The notes under the pieces are model-generated. The model was not told where the DNA came from. It searched no databases and was given only the letters and a program-made list of their open reading frames with translations. Below are positions 11,851 to 28,045 of a DNA stretch of 64,000 nt, in pieces. The stretch covers positions 50,530,001 to 50,594,000 of the forward strand of contig NC_042997.1 in NCBI RefSeq assembly GCF_006345805.1, given 5' to 3'. Source of the DNA: Octopus sinensis (lineage: Eukaryota). Both the position numbers and the translations under genes were made by a program. The stretch's first letter is position 1; every line of letters starts with the position of its first letter.

Positions 11851-14460
11851 CCTTCGTAACACAGTGCACCGAAGTCTTTAGTCATCTGTCAAGTCACAAC
11901 AAGGGCGTTAGACAGATAATACTTTCCTTAAGATGTGCGCTGTGCCCAATAAGATTGCTCTTTGCAAGACATCAATCTTGCACGGGATTTCCAGTTGCTT
12001 TAAGAAGTCTTGAAGTTTCAATGGGATTGAACCCAGCGCTCCGATCACCACTGATATCACTTTTACATTACCCTCCCGCATTCCATACAGTCTTGCCATT
12101 TCCACTTTCAATTCATAGAATTTGGTGATTTTTTCAACCTCTTTTTTTCACAACATTCGTGTCATTTGGTATGGCTACATCAATGATCTGACAGTATTTG
12201 TCTCTCTTACTCAATATGACAGTATCCGGTGTTCGATTACACGATCTGTCTGAAAATCATAATCCCAGAGTATCGTTACTTTTCCATCCTCCTCCATAAC
12301 TTTACTTGGTACATGCTCATACCAGTTCTCTTTTACTTCATATTGGTATTTACAGCACAAGAGCCAATGAAGATATACACACACTTTATCGTGGCGGCGC
12401 TTGTATTCTTTTTGTGCAAGGCTCTCACATCCACTTACAAAGTGGGTCACATTTTCACACTCTTTCCACAGAGTCTGCATTTCTGGGTGTCAAAAGTTTT
12501 ATAGATTTTATACTTCACCGAATTGGTAGCGAGAGCCTGGTGTTGTACAGCAATGATCAGGCTTTCGCTGGTACGCTTCAGATTACCTCGCTCAAGCCAT
12601 GTCCACGATGCAGTATTATCCTTGACGTCCTGTGTATTCCTTTCAAACTGTTCATGCATTCTCATCTCAAGATGGTCTCTTCTCCCCAGCTCTTTGGTTA
12701 AACTTTTCCTTGCCCATCATTTCATCTGCATTTACACCCATATCTTTTAGGGCATATTGCAGCAAGTCTTCATCTCTTCATCACTATTTATCAAATACTC
12801 AGCAAGGGTTCTCCTTTCACTCCTTATACAATGGTCTTTACTAATTAGTCCCCTGCCACCATTCTTTCTTTTTATATACCGTCTGTTTACTTTTGCTTTA
12901 GGGTGTAGTGCCCCATGCAGCTTCATCAACTTTCTCGTCTTTCTATGCAGTGTTGATATTTCCTCCTTAGTCCATTTGATGATGGACGCACTATATCTGA
13001 CCACCACAACTGCCCAGATATTCATTGCGGTAGTCAAATGTTAGGCATTCAGGTTGGATTTCAACACCATCTTCACCTTTTTTTGATATGCCTCGCTGAC
13101 TTTGACTTTCATTTCTCGGTGTAAAATGTCATCCAGCTCCAAAATCCCTAAATATCCATACCCACTACTATCGGGTTCACCCATGGTCTCTCCTGACGGT
13201 AACCGCAATCCTCTGCAGGCTGATTTCTTCCCTCATTTCATATTTAGTAACCCATCTTAACTTTCCTTAGTGTCATTGTTATGGGCATTAGTGCAATTAC
13301 AAAAAGTAACGGAGAAAATGAGTCACCTCGGAAGATTCCCCTTTTAATATTAACTTCCCCAAGGAATACATTACTTGAGTACAATTTGGTTTTCCACTCT
13401 TTCATAATATGCATGAGAAAATTTGTGATGCATAGCATGAACACCAAATATCTGCAGGCATTCAACGTTCCAAGAATGAGCCATCATATCATATGCCTTC
13501 TCAAAGTCAATCCAAGCCATAGATATGTTTGTATGATGTTTTTTACAATGACTCAAAACTGTTTTATCTGTGACCAGGTGAATCTTAGTACCCTGATAAC
13601 TCTTCCTACATCCTTTTTATTCCCTTGACAGTATTTCTTCCTGTGCCAGGAAAGTTTATGTCTTTGCCGCACATATTCCAGTGAGTATCTTCCAGATTAT
13701 GTTTAGGCATGCTATGGGACGGTAGTTTCGCACAATAATCCCCTTTCTTCTATCTTTCATTACGAGTGTTGTCCTCCCAGTCACGATCCTCGCGGGGACA
13801 GTGCCTTTCTGAATACACTCATTCAATTGGGCTGCTAGTCTTCCATGCACCACGTAGCATCTCTTCGGCCAAAAGCCATGAATCCCATCTCGTCCGGGGG
13901 TTTTCCAGTTAGCCACTTTACCCACTTGTTTTTTCACATCACCCATGCTTATGACAATATTCCTTTGTTTCTTTCTTCCTTGTAATTCTTTCTTGATAGT
14001 TCCTATCCACATTGCATCCCTTTTATGCCCCACATTGTTACCCCATAATCTGCTCTAGAGCTCCTTCGCTTGATTTGCATCAGGAGCAACATTTCCCCCA
14101 TTGTCTTCTTCTAACATTCGGAAAAATTGCATCGGGTAATTTTTGAAAAATCTATTCTCGAACTGCTTATTTCTGTTCACAAATCTTCTGGCCTTTTGCC
14201 ATAATCCTCTGTTTTAACTGCTCTATTACTGCATCAAACCAGTTCTTCCGTATTTTATAGTTCTTCTCTAATTTTTCTCAGTTGGTCTTTTTCCCATTTT
14301 CCAGTTTCCTCTTAACCATTGCTCAATTTTCCCTAGATCTTGCCTTGCCCGCATTATGTCCTTTTCTAAGAACAATTCAGCTTTCTCTGTTCGGGTACGA
14401 ATATACAAAAGATGATCTTTAGTGAATTTTAAAACTTTAATATCTACAATTTTCTGTGAA
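11851..14460 (-). mobile_element. Dong/R4-like non-LTR retrotransposon (RT + CCHC + restriction-like endonuclease), 5'-truncated and decayed
   Basis: KTPGRDGIHGFW, NYRPIACLN, AWIDFEKAYD, GIFRGDSFSPLLF; CRLCGKS..THFVSGC....YKRRHDKV; PD..(CQ)IIDVAIP...EKITKF; C-term LLGTAHILRKVLSV*. Confidence 0.88.
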
Positions 14461-14494
14461 AATATTTTACCCCTTTTCTCTCCTTCTATATATT

Positions 14495-14678
<184 letters not shown>

Positions 14679-15225
14679 GAGTGAGAGACCAGTGTATGCC
14701 ATTAAAGTGACACTGGGGTAAAATATACGAAGCCCAATATACCTATCATACTACCCGCCTGATAAGGGTACACTAGGCACATGTATCACAACCATATGTG
14801 CGCGACATGGTGATCTCATATCAAGATAAACAGCACATGACCTTGCAGGTGGGGCCCAGTTAGAATTTTCTTCTGGTTGAGTAGCCCATCCTGCTCAAAA
14901 GGTCCCTGAATAAGGGTTGTTTAAGAATGTCGAATGAAACACCAATGTTTCCAGAGGTGAATTATTCAAACCCCCAAAGAATCCCTCTCAACACATGGCT
15001 ATGATGCTCCCTCACTACTTCTGTTCGTGATCAGAGATACACATATCATCAGCCACTGAGGGACATGGTCAACTGGCTATGGTCAAACAACTGATAAGCA
15101 AATCTGTGGTATTGAGCAGAATATTTGCTGTAGCCCATCTTTTATAACAAGACTAAACAATATACATGATAACACTTCTAATCAGAAGTCATGAGAGCCA
15201 CTGCCTGGTACTGCATCAAGGCATA
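14679..15225. mobile_element. ~550-bp non-coding, moderately GC-rich element embedded between (TTA)n arrays; putative non-autonomous TAA-targeted retroelement
   Basis: Sharp boundaries against (ATT)n on both sides; no ORF; resembles a recurrent octopus repeat from memory only. Confidence 0.55.
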
Positions 15226-15247
15226 TTATTATTATTATTATTATTAC

Positions 15248-15325
<78 letters not shown>

Positions 15326-15330
15326 CATCA

Positions 15331-15405
<75 letters not shown>

Positions 15406-15415
15406 TATTATTATT
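15226..15415. repeat. (ATT)n array
   Basis: Direct reading. Confidence 0.97.
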
Positions 15416-15725
15416 TTATGTTTGACTTTTGCTTTACATTTGTACAAGTTGGGTCTAAGTCTCACCCAGAGACCTCGAGAGATAACAATTTGGATGTTCA
15501 TGTTGGTGTTATGCCTAGGGTGCCATATATTCGGTTTTGTACATAGTGTTATTCTAGAGAATGTTTAAGAAAACATAATAAAATGTGTTTGTTTTAAAAC
15601 TTGAGATTACATAGAAAGTATTTTGCGTAGGATATGAGCAGTTCCCATGGGCACTCTCTTTTGAATTTCTGCCATTTTTGGGGTTTTCTGGTATCTGAGC
15701 TAGGTAGCAATCAGACCCTTTTGCT
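15416..15725 (-). mobile_element. Extremely 5'-truncated Dong/R4-like 3' end (a different subfamily)
   Basis: Minus strand ~15608-15676 translates MAEIQKRVPMGTAHILRKILSM*, homologous to the ends of the other two Dong-like copies; (TAA)n on both sides. Confidence 0.75.
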
Positions 15726-15757
15726 GATTATCATTATTATTATTATCATTATTATTA

Positions 15758-15811
<54 letters not shown>

Positions 15812-15834
15812 TATTATTATTATTATTATTATTA

Positions 15835-18430
<2,596 letters not shown>

Positions 18431-18432
18431 GT

Positions 18433-18532
18433 TTCCTTATTATTATTATTATTATTATCATTATTATTATCATATTATTATTATTATTATCATTATCATT
18501 ATACATTATTATATCATTATTATTATTATTAT

Positions 18533-18575
<43 letters not shown>

Positions 18576-18634
18576 TATTATATTATTATTATTAATTATA
18601 TTATTATTATTATATCATTATTATTATCATTATT

Positions 18635-18665
<31 letters not shown>

Positions 18666-18691
18666 CATATCATTATCATTATTATTATTAG

Positions 18692-18730
<39 letters not shown>

Positions 18731-18759
18731 ATTATATTATATTATTATCTATTATTATC

Positions 18760-18805
<46 letters not shown>

Positions 18806-18806
18806 G

Positions 18807-18845
<39 letters not shown>

Positions 18846-18886
18846 ATTATTATTATTATTATTATTATATTATTATCATTATTATC

Positions 18887-18934
<48 letters not shown>

Positions 18935-18980
18935 TATTATTATTATTATCATTATTATATCATTATTATTATTATCATTA

Positions 18981-19024
<44 letters not shown>

Positions 19025-19025
19025 G

Positions 19026-19080
<55 letters not shown>

Positions 19081-19166
19081 TATTATTATTATCATTATTA
19101 TATCATTATTTTTATTATTATCATTATCATTATCATTTCATTATTATTATCATTATCATTATCATT

Positions 19167-19211
<45 letters not shown>

Positions 19212-19287
19212 TATTATTATTATCATCATATCCATTATCATTTTATTATTATTATTATCATTATTATTATCATTATTATTGTCATTA

Positions 19288-19332
<45 letters not shown>

Positions 19333-19333
19333 G

Positions 19334-19372
<39 letters not shown>

Positions 19373-19406
19373 TATCATTATCACTATTATTATCATTATT
19401 ATTATC

Positions 19407-19453
<47 letters not shown>

Positions 19454-19469
19454 CATTATCATTATCATT

Positions 19470-19547
<78 letters not shown>
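18433..19547. repeat. ~1.1-kb degenerate (ATT/ATC)n array
   Basis: Direct reading. Confidence 0.97.
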
Positions 19548-19899
19548 ATCTTACATGTCTTCATAAGCCTACCTCTCATCATTATCATCACCATCATTCC
19601 ACTTGCTCTTCCTTCTCTTACATCATCTTTGAATTTCTCTTCTTAAGCAATCCCACCATCAACATCATCATCATCATCATCGTCGTCGTCGCTGTTGCCA
19701 TCACCATCGTCTCCACAATCCTATTATGACCACCACCACCATACCCATTTTCTCCTTCATCATCATGAGAAATATAAGGCTCCGTATCAGTAAAGCGGAT
19801 TAAAAGATTTTCTCAGACCCCTGAGGGTTGGAGCCAATTACACGTAATTGATTCCATTTTCATGGAACTTTCCGATCGATCCTATAGTCTTTGCTTGTA

Positions 19900-20161
19900 T
19901 GTATTCTTGTAAGCACACCGATTTATATATCTATATCTATATCTATAACAAGCGAACTATCCATATATGTACATGCAGATATGCGTGTGTGTATGTATGT
20001 GTAGGGTGGATGTACATATATATATACAGCAACTACTATTTTGTATGAAATCCATACACCACAACACATATCTCACAACACCCGCATATATATATTATGT
20101 ATATATATTGTGTGTGTGGGTGTGGTGTGGGTGTGTGTATAAAATATATATATATATATGG

Positions 20162-20197
<36 letters not shown>

Positions 20198-21060
20198 ATA
20201 TATATATATCTGTGTTCGGTTGTCCTTACACAGAGCCATCCGGATTCCCGTTTGCGCCGTGACAGTGAATTAATTTCTTCTCTTCGCCTCTTATACGCCA
20301 TTTGGTCTCAACTCTCCCCCCCTCCTCATTATAACCCCCCTCTTCCCCCTCCTCACCTATCCTTTCTCCCCCGACCCCTACTTCTCAGTCCTTCATCCTT
20401 TCACCCCTACTCCCCTTCCATTCTTCCCTCTTTCTCCCTCCCTCTTCCCCTTCCCTCTGCTCCCTCACTCCCTCTCTCCCATTCTCTCTCTTCCCCTCTC
20501 CCTCTTCCTCCTTCATCCCCCTCCTCACCTCCTTCTCCCCCATCGTCCTCCTCTTCCCCCTTCTCCTCCCCCTTCTCTTTCACTTCCCCTCCCCCTCTTC
20601 TTCCCCTCCCCTTCTCTCCCCCCTCTTCTCCCCTCCCCTTCTCTCCCCCTCTTCTCCCCTCCCCCTCTTCTCCTCACTACACCACATGACTTTACACATC
20701 ACATCACATATGATGTGCCATACTAATTACACACACCAACTAATACATTACTAATACGTACTAATACATACTAGTACATACTAATACTTACACCAACCCT
20801 ATACATACACACGTCCAGACCCCGCATACGCACTATATCTCTCACACACACACACAACACACCTATACATACCAATACGTACTAATACATACTAATACAT
20901 ATACTAATACATACACAACCCCATACATACGCACGTCCAGACCAATCTTACGCACTAATACTCTCTCATAACACACACACACACAACACACACACACCCG
21001 TATACATACTAATACATACACAAACCCTATACATACACCATCCAGACCCCTCCCACGCAC
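19900..21060. repeat. Low-complexity region: (TA)n/(TG)n, polypyrimidine (CCT/CCCCTT) tract ~20310-20680, TACA-rich repeats
   Basis: Direct reading. Confidence 0.85.
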
Positions 21061-21119
21061 TTTTAGCTGGTCACTCACCCTTTTATCAACCTATTATCTC
21101 CCCTTATTTCGCTCTCGCG

Positions 21120-21367
21120 TCTCATGTTTGATCTTTGACCTCTGGCCGAAATCAGATCGCCATGTTGATTCGTTAGCTACTGCAGGCATTTCTTTTCTCT
21201 CTTCTTTCTGTGTTTTTCTCTCTCTGTGTATCTTTCTGTTGAAGAGCGTAGGCTCGAAACGTTAAAGACTTGTTTTATTTATATTTCCTGAGCGCCATAC
21301 TAATACAATTGTTCGTTTGTCTTCCACCTGCCTTCGTCTTTTGTTTATTTTCATAAAGCTTCCCGTT
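21120..21367 (+). mobile_element. Solo terminal (pLTR-like) fragment of a Penelope-like family with a hammerhead-like motif, ending at (TA)n
   Basis: Hammerhead-like motif 21231-21268; 3' portion is similar to 54279-54358, which also ends at a TA-rich repeat. Confidence 0.55.
21231..21268 (+). ncRNA. Minimal type I hammerhead-ribozyme-like motif with a variant core
   Basis: TCTTT-CTGTTGA-A-GAGC(gtag)GCTC-GAAAC-GTT-AAAGA: 5-bp stem I, perfect 4-bp stem II, palindromic AACGTT stem III. Confidence 0.55.
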
Positions 21368-22155
21368 ATATATATATATATATATATATATATAGATATA
21401 TGCAATTATATACATATACCGGGTGGATGTACGCATATATATATATATATACCGTGTTATATTTTACTGAATCTTCACATATCGTTTCTTTTTGTCTCCC
21501 GATTGTAATCGACAGAAGATTGAAAATACGAAATCCACAATGGGATTAATGAAGTGGAAATCGTAATGTACGGAATGCCCTGTACTAGTTTTTTAAAAAT
21601 TAGTTGTAATTCCATTTTTTTTTTTCAGGAAAGAAAAGCCTTGCAGCTTTGTTAACGCTTAACTAAGTGTCTATGTATGTGTATACACACATGTACACTA
21701 CACCCATATACATCTATAATAATGCCAAAACAAATTTCTGTGTGTCAGCCTCTTACACTCTCTTACTACTCGATCACACTTCTACTATTCCTCATGATGG
21801 GGTGAGAGTAATAGTAATCATAGGGACGGTGAATTTGGTAGTAGATTGACAGTTGTGATGGTAATTGGGTGATAGTAATAGTATAGGTTGTAATTGTAAT
21901 AGAGGCTGGGGACACGGTGATGATGGTGGTGGTGGTGGTGGTGGTGGTGGTGTTGGTGGTGGTGGTAGCCTAGGGAGTCAGGGATGACGGTGATAGTAAG
22001 CGATGTTAAGGACAGTGGTGATGGTGGTGGAGGAGAAGGCGGCGAAATTAAACGTATTGATGGTGGTGGCGTGAGAAGTCTGAATGGTGTATGTATGGTA
22101 TTTGTGGTGATGATGATGGTGATATTGGTGATGGTGATGGTTGAAAACAATCAAC

Positions 22156-22196
<41 letters not shown>

Positions 22197-22429
22197 GAAG
22201 ACTAGACAGAAAAAATTGTACTGACCCCTTAATGAGAAGACAAAAATGTTGTTTATCATGCAGCTTTGCAATAAATTTCAAGTCGTCAAATTATATAATT
22301 ATTTTGATGAAAATTGTTCATTGCTTGAAAAATATTGGTCAAGTTTAATAAAATTTAATAGGCACGCAATGCATGAAGTGTCATTGTTGGGCCCAAGGCC
22401 CAATAAAAAGTCCTCCACAGAAGCTAGTG

Positions 22430-22507
22430 CATACATACATACATACATACATACATACATACATACATACATACATACATACATACATACATACATACAT
22501 ACATACA
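22430..22507. repeat. (TACA)n microsatellite
   Basis: Direct reading. Confidence 0.95.
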
Positions 22508-22987
22508 TTTATATGTCTGTGTGTGTGCCTGTGGGGTGGCGTATGCAGTGAGATAAATTAGAAACTTAGGAAATTCGGGCGAATATTTTAGTCAGCACTC
22601 CATGTGAAATCCTGATTAACAGAATATAATGAAAGGAAACCTTCCAAGATTTTATTGACTCTAGATTGCCAGGCTTTTACAGTTTCGGGCTGGACATGCT
22701 ACCGCTCAAATTGCAAAAGTGTATTGAAAATATGGTTGCATACTTTGATGAATAAAACTATTCCTTGTATTTATGAAACGTTAGCAAAACCTTTTTGTCT
22801 TTTGTATAAATTTCATACTTGACGACCTAACAGTAAACGAACGACGGAATGGTGACGATGGTATTACATATCTTTATTAAGCGGTTACGATCGTTTCAAA
22901 AGATAGCGGACCATTTCAGTATTTCACACGTTGGTTTATGCAAATAAAAATTATGTAAATCCGTACAATAATCAATGAGCATATGGT

Positions 22988-23406
22988 CAGGGCCGGATTA
23001 AGACTCATCGAGGCACTAAGCACTTAAAAAGATTTTGGTAATCCACAGAAGATTATGTAATTCAAAATATAAACAATAACAAACCATGAAATAATTTTTT
23101 TAATTTTCAAAACGAAACAAAATAGTAAGAGGGAAAATAATGTTTATTTTTGTATACTTCTATTTTTTGAAAAGTTTCTTCCTACTTTTTTGAATTACAA
23201 AGTCTTTGATCAGATCCTCAGAATTAATCTTAGGTAACACATCTGCATCTATACTTAGTAGAGATAAAGGCATCCTGAATATTATTTTAGCAAGTTTAAA
23301 ATGATTTCTTTTGTGCCGTAAACCATTAACCATTTCTGTATTGCCCTCTCCTTTCCTTGATGCCCTAAGCACGTGCTTATTTTGCTTAATGGTTAATCCA
23401 ACGTTG
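22988..23406 (-). mobile_element. Internally deleted hAT-type element (MITE) retaining the last transposase codons
   Basis: Imperfect TIRs CAGGGCCGGATTAA / TTAATCCAACGTTG; LSLLSIDADVLPKINSEDLIKDFVIQKSRKK resembles the hAT dimerization-domain C-terminus; no clean TSD. Confidence 0.6.
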
Positions 23407-24879
23407 CACACATTAGTATTAGAACTTAGTCCAAAAAATGGTTAATTAGTACCTGGGGCGTATATTTCGAGTGTGCTAGGTGTGCACTGCACACCCATCC
23501 AAATGGCAAATTCATTATAAATATTAACTTTACTCATTAATTTAATAACAAATTTTAATGAAAACCTTTTGTTATACCCTTGCTTGAAATTTGGTGGTAT
23601 TGGTTGTGGTAGCACTCTCAATACAACAAAAACCGCGTGCAGCGCTGGATTAACCATTACAATACCTTAATTAAAATTCCAACCATCCTATTGCTGTAAT
23701 TAAACCTATTATTAGAAGTATTTCATCTAGAAAATCGAGCCTTTCTTATAGCGAGGATATTTTCTCTCAGAAGCTTTAGTTAGAGCCTGATACATTGAAA
23801 AGATGCATAATATTCATGGGGACAGTACTGGGAAAATACCTAAGGACAGACGACTATACTCACGAGAACATAGTCTTATTGATAAATATCAAGGTAATAT
23901 TAATTCTTAAAATAGTAGTGTAATGTAATAATAGCATAATAATTTATTATTGTAATGATAAAAATATTGTACTTAATTACAATAATGATTAATTTTTGAA
24001 ATTAATGTGGTAATGCTTTCCTTCTATATGCATGTTCGTATGTTTTTACGCACAAAATAAGAGTTCAACCAAGAAATGTGAAGCGATAAAATCATTGAAT
24101 CAAAAAGAAAGTCGTTTCTGTCAGTTACCTCCGCGGTCGATGCAATAAGAAAGACATTTACTCTGCATATTCGCAGAAAAATCAATTATTCATTGAGTCA
24201 TTGTTACATGCTATATTGTGATGAATATTCAAGGAAAATATTCTTTGCAATGAAAATGTTTATTCAACTAACCTAAGACCTTAGTTACTTAACTATTCTC
24301 TTTCTAAGATTTCATTAATAAACTGTTAACAGCAGGTTATTCTTCATTTTTTAATAGCAAGTAGTATGGTCGAAAACTTGATATTTTAATTTTCTTGTGA
24401 CACATTCCTAGTGATAATAGCTGTTCAGTTTTCTCCAAGTCAGGTTTCTGTCGAACTATGATGTCATTGTAATTTAGAGGTAGTATCCATCTCAGCTATC
24501 TTTACTGTATTGTTAGGCAATTCATACATAGTAGTTTGGAAATCCATTTCGAAACACGGCTTTATTAATTTAATCAAATTTCTTCTCCTAATTTATACAG
24601 GTCATATTCTTCTGAGTGGCCATTAAAGGTATATGATGAATTTTAAGATAAGCGAAAAGAAAATGACGCAACACCTGCCACTAATATCTGTATCATATTC
24701 AACGAACGTCTCCTGAGTTCATGTATTTCTTGAACACTCACATAATCTAATTTCTCGGTTATTAATTCACATTATATACGGAATAGTAACTGTTTGGTAA
24801 TGGACCTACCATTATCGAGCAGCTACTGTTGTATATTTCAGAGAAATCGCTCTTTGAATACTATGGTTTAGCTTTCGCC

Positions 24880-25055
24880 TTTACTTGTTACTGGTTTCAG
24901 CCATCGGTCAGCGGCAATGCTGGGGCACCTCCTTGAAGGTTTGGGTCGAACAAATCGAGCCCTCAGTTCTTATTTTTAAAGTCTGTAATTAATCATATCG
25001 TTCTCTTTTGCAGGATGACCAAGTTGTCGGAACGTAAACAAACCGACACTGAGGA
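24880..25055 (-). mobile_element. SINE family 2, 3' half (degenerate)
   Basis: Reverse complement of the 63335-63545 sequence type (CAGCAT.GC...ATG.CTGAAAC.AGTAA). Confidence 0.6.
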
Positions 25056-25091
25056 GAGATGACAAACATTACTACAAAGAAATTCATATAT

Positions 25092-25140
<49 letters not shown>

Positions 25141-25459
25141 GTTTAAATATTTAGCTTCACTTACGCCAAATTCCAATGAGTTCCAGCTATGACATAGCTT
25201 CCATTGGCTTAACTTGCGTACAGACACAAATAAGTGGAGACAAAGACACGCACAGTGATAAAATATCTTGACTACTGAAACAAGCTTTACTTATTTATTA
25301 AAATACATGAAACAACGAAGAAAAATATTTTACCACCTTTCAACTCTAAATATTCTGAATATACATGTTGTTTCTTCTTTTTATTTTTCGAGTTCGCTGG
25401 ACTCTGTTCTTGAAGTGATAAAAATGTAGAAATGTAGAGAAATAGTATACGATAAACCT

Positions 25460-25671
25460 TCGCCATATCGCTGTTCGCCTATCGCGGTTTATTATATTTA
25501 GACTTACGTCGATTCCTCCGTGGTGTTGTTTTGCATTTATAAAATAAATATACATTTTATAAAAGTAATAGAAGAAAATATACAGTACAGTACTGTTTCT
25601 ACTTCGCGGATTTTTCCTTATCGCGGTGTGCTTTGGAACGTAACACCCGCGATAGTCGAGGAATTACTGTA
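25460..25671. mobile_element. Tigger/pogo-like MITE end
   Basis: Terminus CGCGATAGTCGAGGAATTACTG|TA; partner TIR not found. Confidence 0.45.
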
Positions 25672-25754
25672 ATACAGAGATGCAAGTGAAAAATCTTATG
25701 ATACAATTCTTCTTTATTAAAAGGAAAGGTTAAGACTATTCTGTTATTAGTAAA

Positions 25755-25932
25755 TTTTGGCACAAGCCCAGAATTTTTGGGGAAGGGGTAAGTCGACTAG
25801 ATCTATCCCAGTGCTTAACTGATATTTACTTTATCGACCCAAAACGATGAAAAACAGAGGCGACTTCAGTAGAATTTGAACTCAGAACGTAAAAACGGAC
25901 GAAATGCTGCTAACGATTCTACCAGCTCACCA
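25755..25932 (-). mobile_element. SINE family 1
   Basis: GAATTTGAACTCAGAACGTAAA...GCTAACGATTCTACCAGCTCACC. Confidence 0.8.
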
Positions 25933-26177
25933 AATATATTAAATAAGCAATATATATGCAAGATAAAAAGAGAGCTTTATCAGAATGAACTACATAGTAA
26001 TGGAAAAAAGGATATTAGCAGAAGACTAATAAAATTGACTTTTTATGTTTACCAACAAGTGCTAAAGACAACTCTGAACATATGTGAACCTTATTTGACA
26101 ATGGACGTAGAAGCATTGCCTCATATATTTTTTGAGAGATTAACAGAACGAATTTCTGAGTAAATACATAAATAACA

Positions 26178-26510
26178 TGGTCCAGTGCTTAGACCGTCGG
26201 GCTCACAAGCATCAGGTAATAAGTTCGATTTCCGGACCGGACTGTGTGTTATATCCTTGAGCAAGACACTTTATTTTCAAGTTGCTCCAGTTCACTCAGC
26301 TGTAGAAATGATTTGCAACTTAACTGGTGCCAAGCTGTATCAAACTTTGCCTTTTCCATGGCTAACATCGGTGGTATGGAGAGAGGAGGCTGGTATGCAC
26401 AGGCGACTGTAGATCTTCCATGAACAATCATACCCAGACTTGTTCCACGGAGTGTAACTTTCTAGGTGCAATCCCATGGTCATTCATAACTGAAGGAGGT
26501 CTTTACCATT
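26178..26510 (+). mobile_element. tRNA-derived CORE-type SINE (family 3)
   Basis: A-box-like TGGTCCAGTG, B-box-like AGTTCGATTTCC, CORE-like CCTTGAGCAAGACACTT..GCTCCAG..CACTCAGCTG. Confidence 0.7.
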
Positions 26511-26734
26511 ACATATGAATATATATTTGTTCAAAAATCTAAATGAGCTTTGGTTTCATAGTATGAAATCAAAAGTTTTACGGTTTAACATCTAATTATT
26601 GATAGTAACTTTAGATAAGAAATACCAGTCACGGTTATGAAGCAAATTATGATGAAAAACTATCTGACAGAAGTAACATTAATGCTGTGAGAATTTGGGA
26701 GGCCATATCTGTCGGTAGCAATAAAATACTGGTT

Positions 26735-26960
26735 TCAAATTTTGGCACGAGGCCAACGGGTTTATGGAGAGAGGCTAATTCGATTAACTCGATCCCACTG
26801 TTCAACTGGCACTTATTTGATCGACCCAGATAGGATGAAAAGCAAAGTCGACCTCTAAGGAATTTGAACTCAAAACGTGAAGACGGACGAAATGCCGCTA
26901 AATATTTTGCCCAGCGTGCTAAGAATTTTGTCAGTTCGCCGTCTTCGGCAGCGGTAAAAT
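26735..26960 (-). mobile_element. SINE family 1
   Basis: AAAGCAAAGTCGACCTC..GGAATTTGAACTCA core. Confidence 0.85.
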
Positions 26961-27743
26961 ATTGAGAATAAAAATTAGTTAGTGAGCCTGTTGAATGTTG
27001 GGGGTCAGTATCCAAGAAAACCATAGAAATGTTCTTCATCAGAATGTCCTTATTAATCCATAATTAATGAAAATAAATCTTCTTTAAACCTTGAAGACTA
27101 TTAACATATTTCTCAATGGTTCTATTTGTTATAAAAATTAAAACCAACATAGAAAAGTTATTTTTACACCACACCAAGTCATAAATATATGTCATAAAAA
27201 TATGAAAAAATACATTATATACGTTAACGAATATCAAATTGTTCATAGTAGAAAAAAGCCCCAAAAAATGCAAAAAGAAAACAAGCAGGCCTATTAAGGC
27301 ACTATTGTGTACTACAAACCCCAAAATGTACCACAAAACTGGAAAGTTTGAATACCATAAGCGTCTGGAATGTGACTCTTCCTGATTTCCTTGTACTTCT
27401 TTTCAGTATGTTATATAAGCATAAATATGTTATAAATTGATTTGATACCTGATGACTACCTGTTTATGCTTTCATTCCTATGTACATACATACATACATA
27501 CATATACATACATGCATGCATACATACATATATATATACATACAAGTTTTCTGTCTAATTGCAACACGTTTTCTATTTAATGAATGGGCCCTTGTGACCA
27601 ATAAAAAGGATTGTAATCATTATTAAATCAATATAATATAATACTTCATACGCAATCTCACTATATTAATATCCTGTAGAGAATTTTTCTTTTCAATGAG
27701 TTTGGTTGGAAACTCTACACCAGAGCTAAATATTATTGTTAAA

Positions 27744-27779
<36 letters not shown>

Positions 27780-27819
27780 GATTGTCAGAAATCATTTTTA
27801 TTAAACTGTCTCTTAGTAT

Positions 27820-28045
27820 GGCGGTGAGCTGGCAGAATCGTTAGAGCGTTGCTAAAAATGCTGAGTAGTTTTTATTCCGATTCTTTGCATCCTGAATTCA
27901 AATGTTTCTGATTTTAAAGTTGCCTTTTCACCCGTTCGGAGTCGATAAAATAAAGTAACAGTTAAGTGCTGTAGCTGATGATAACGACTAACGTCAAATA
28001 AACGTGAAAATTGTTGGCCTTGCTCCTAAATCGGAAACTGTTATG
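27820..28045 (+). mobile_element. SINE family 1 (degenerate)
   Basis: GGCGGTGAGCTGGCAGAATCGTTAG head. Confidence 0.75.
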
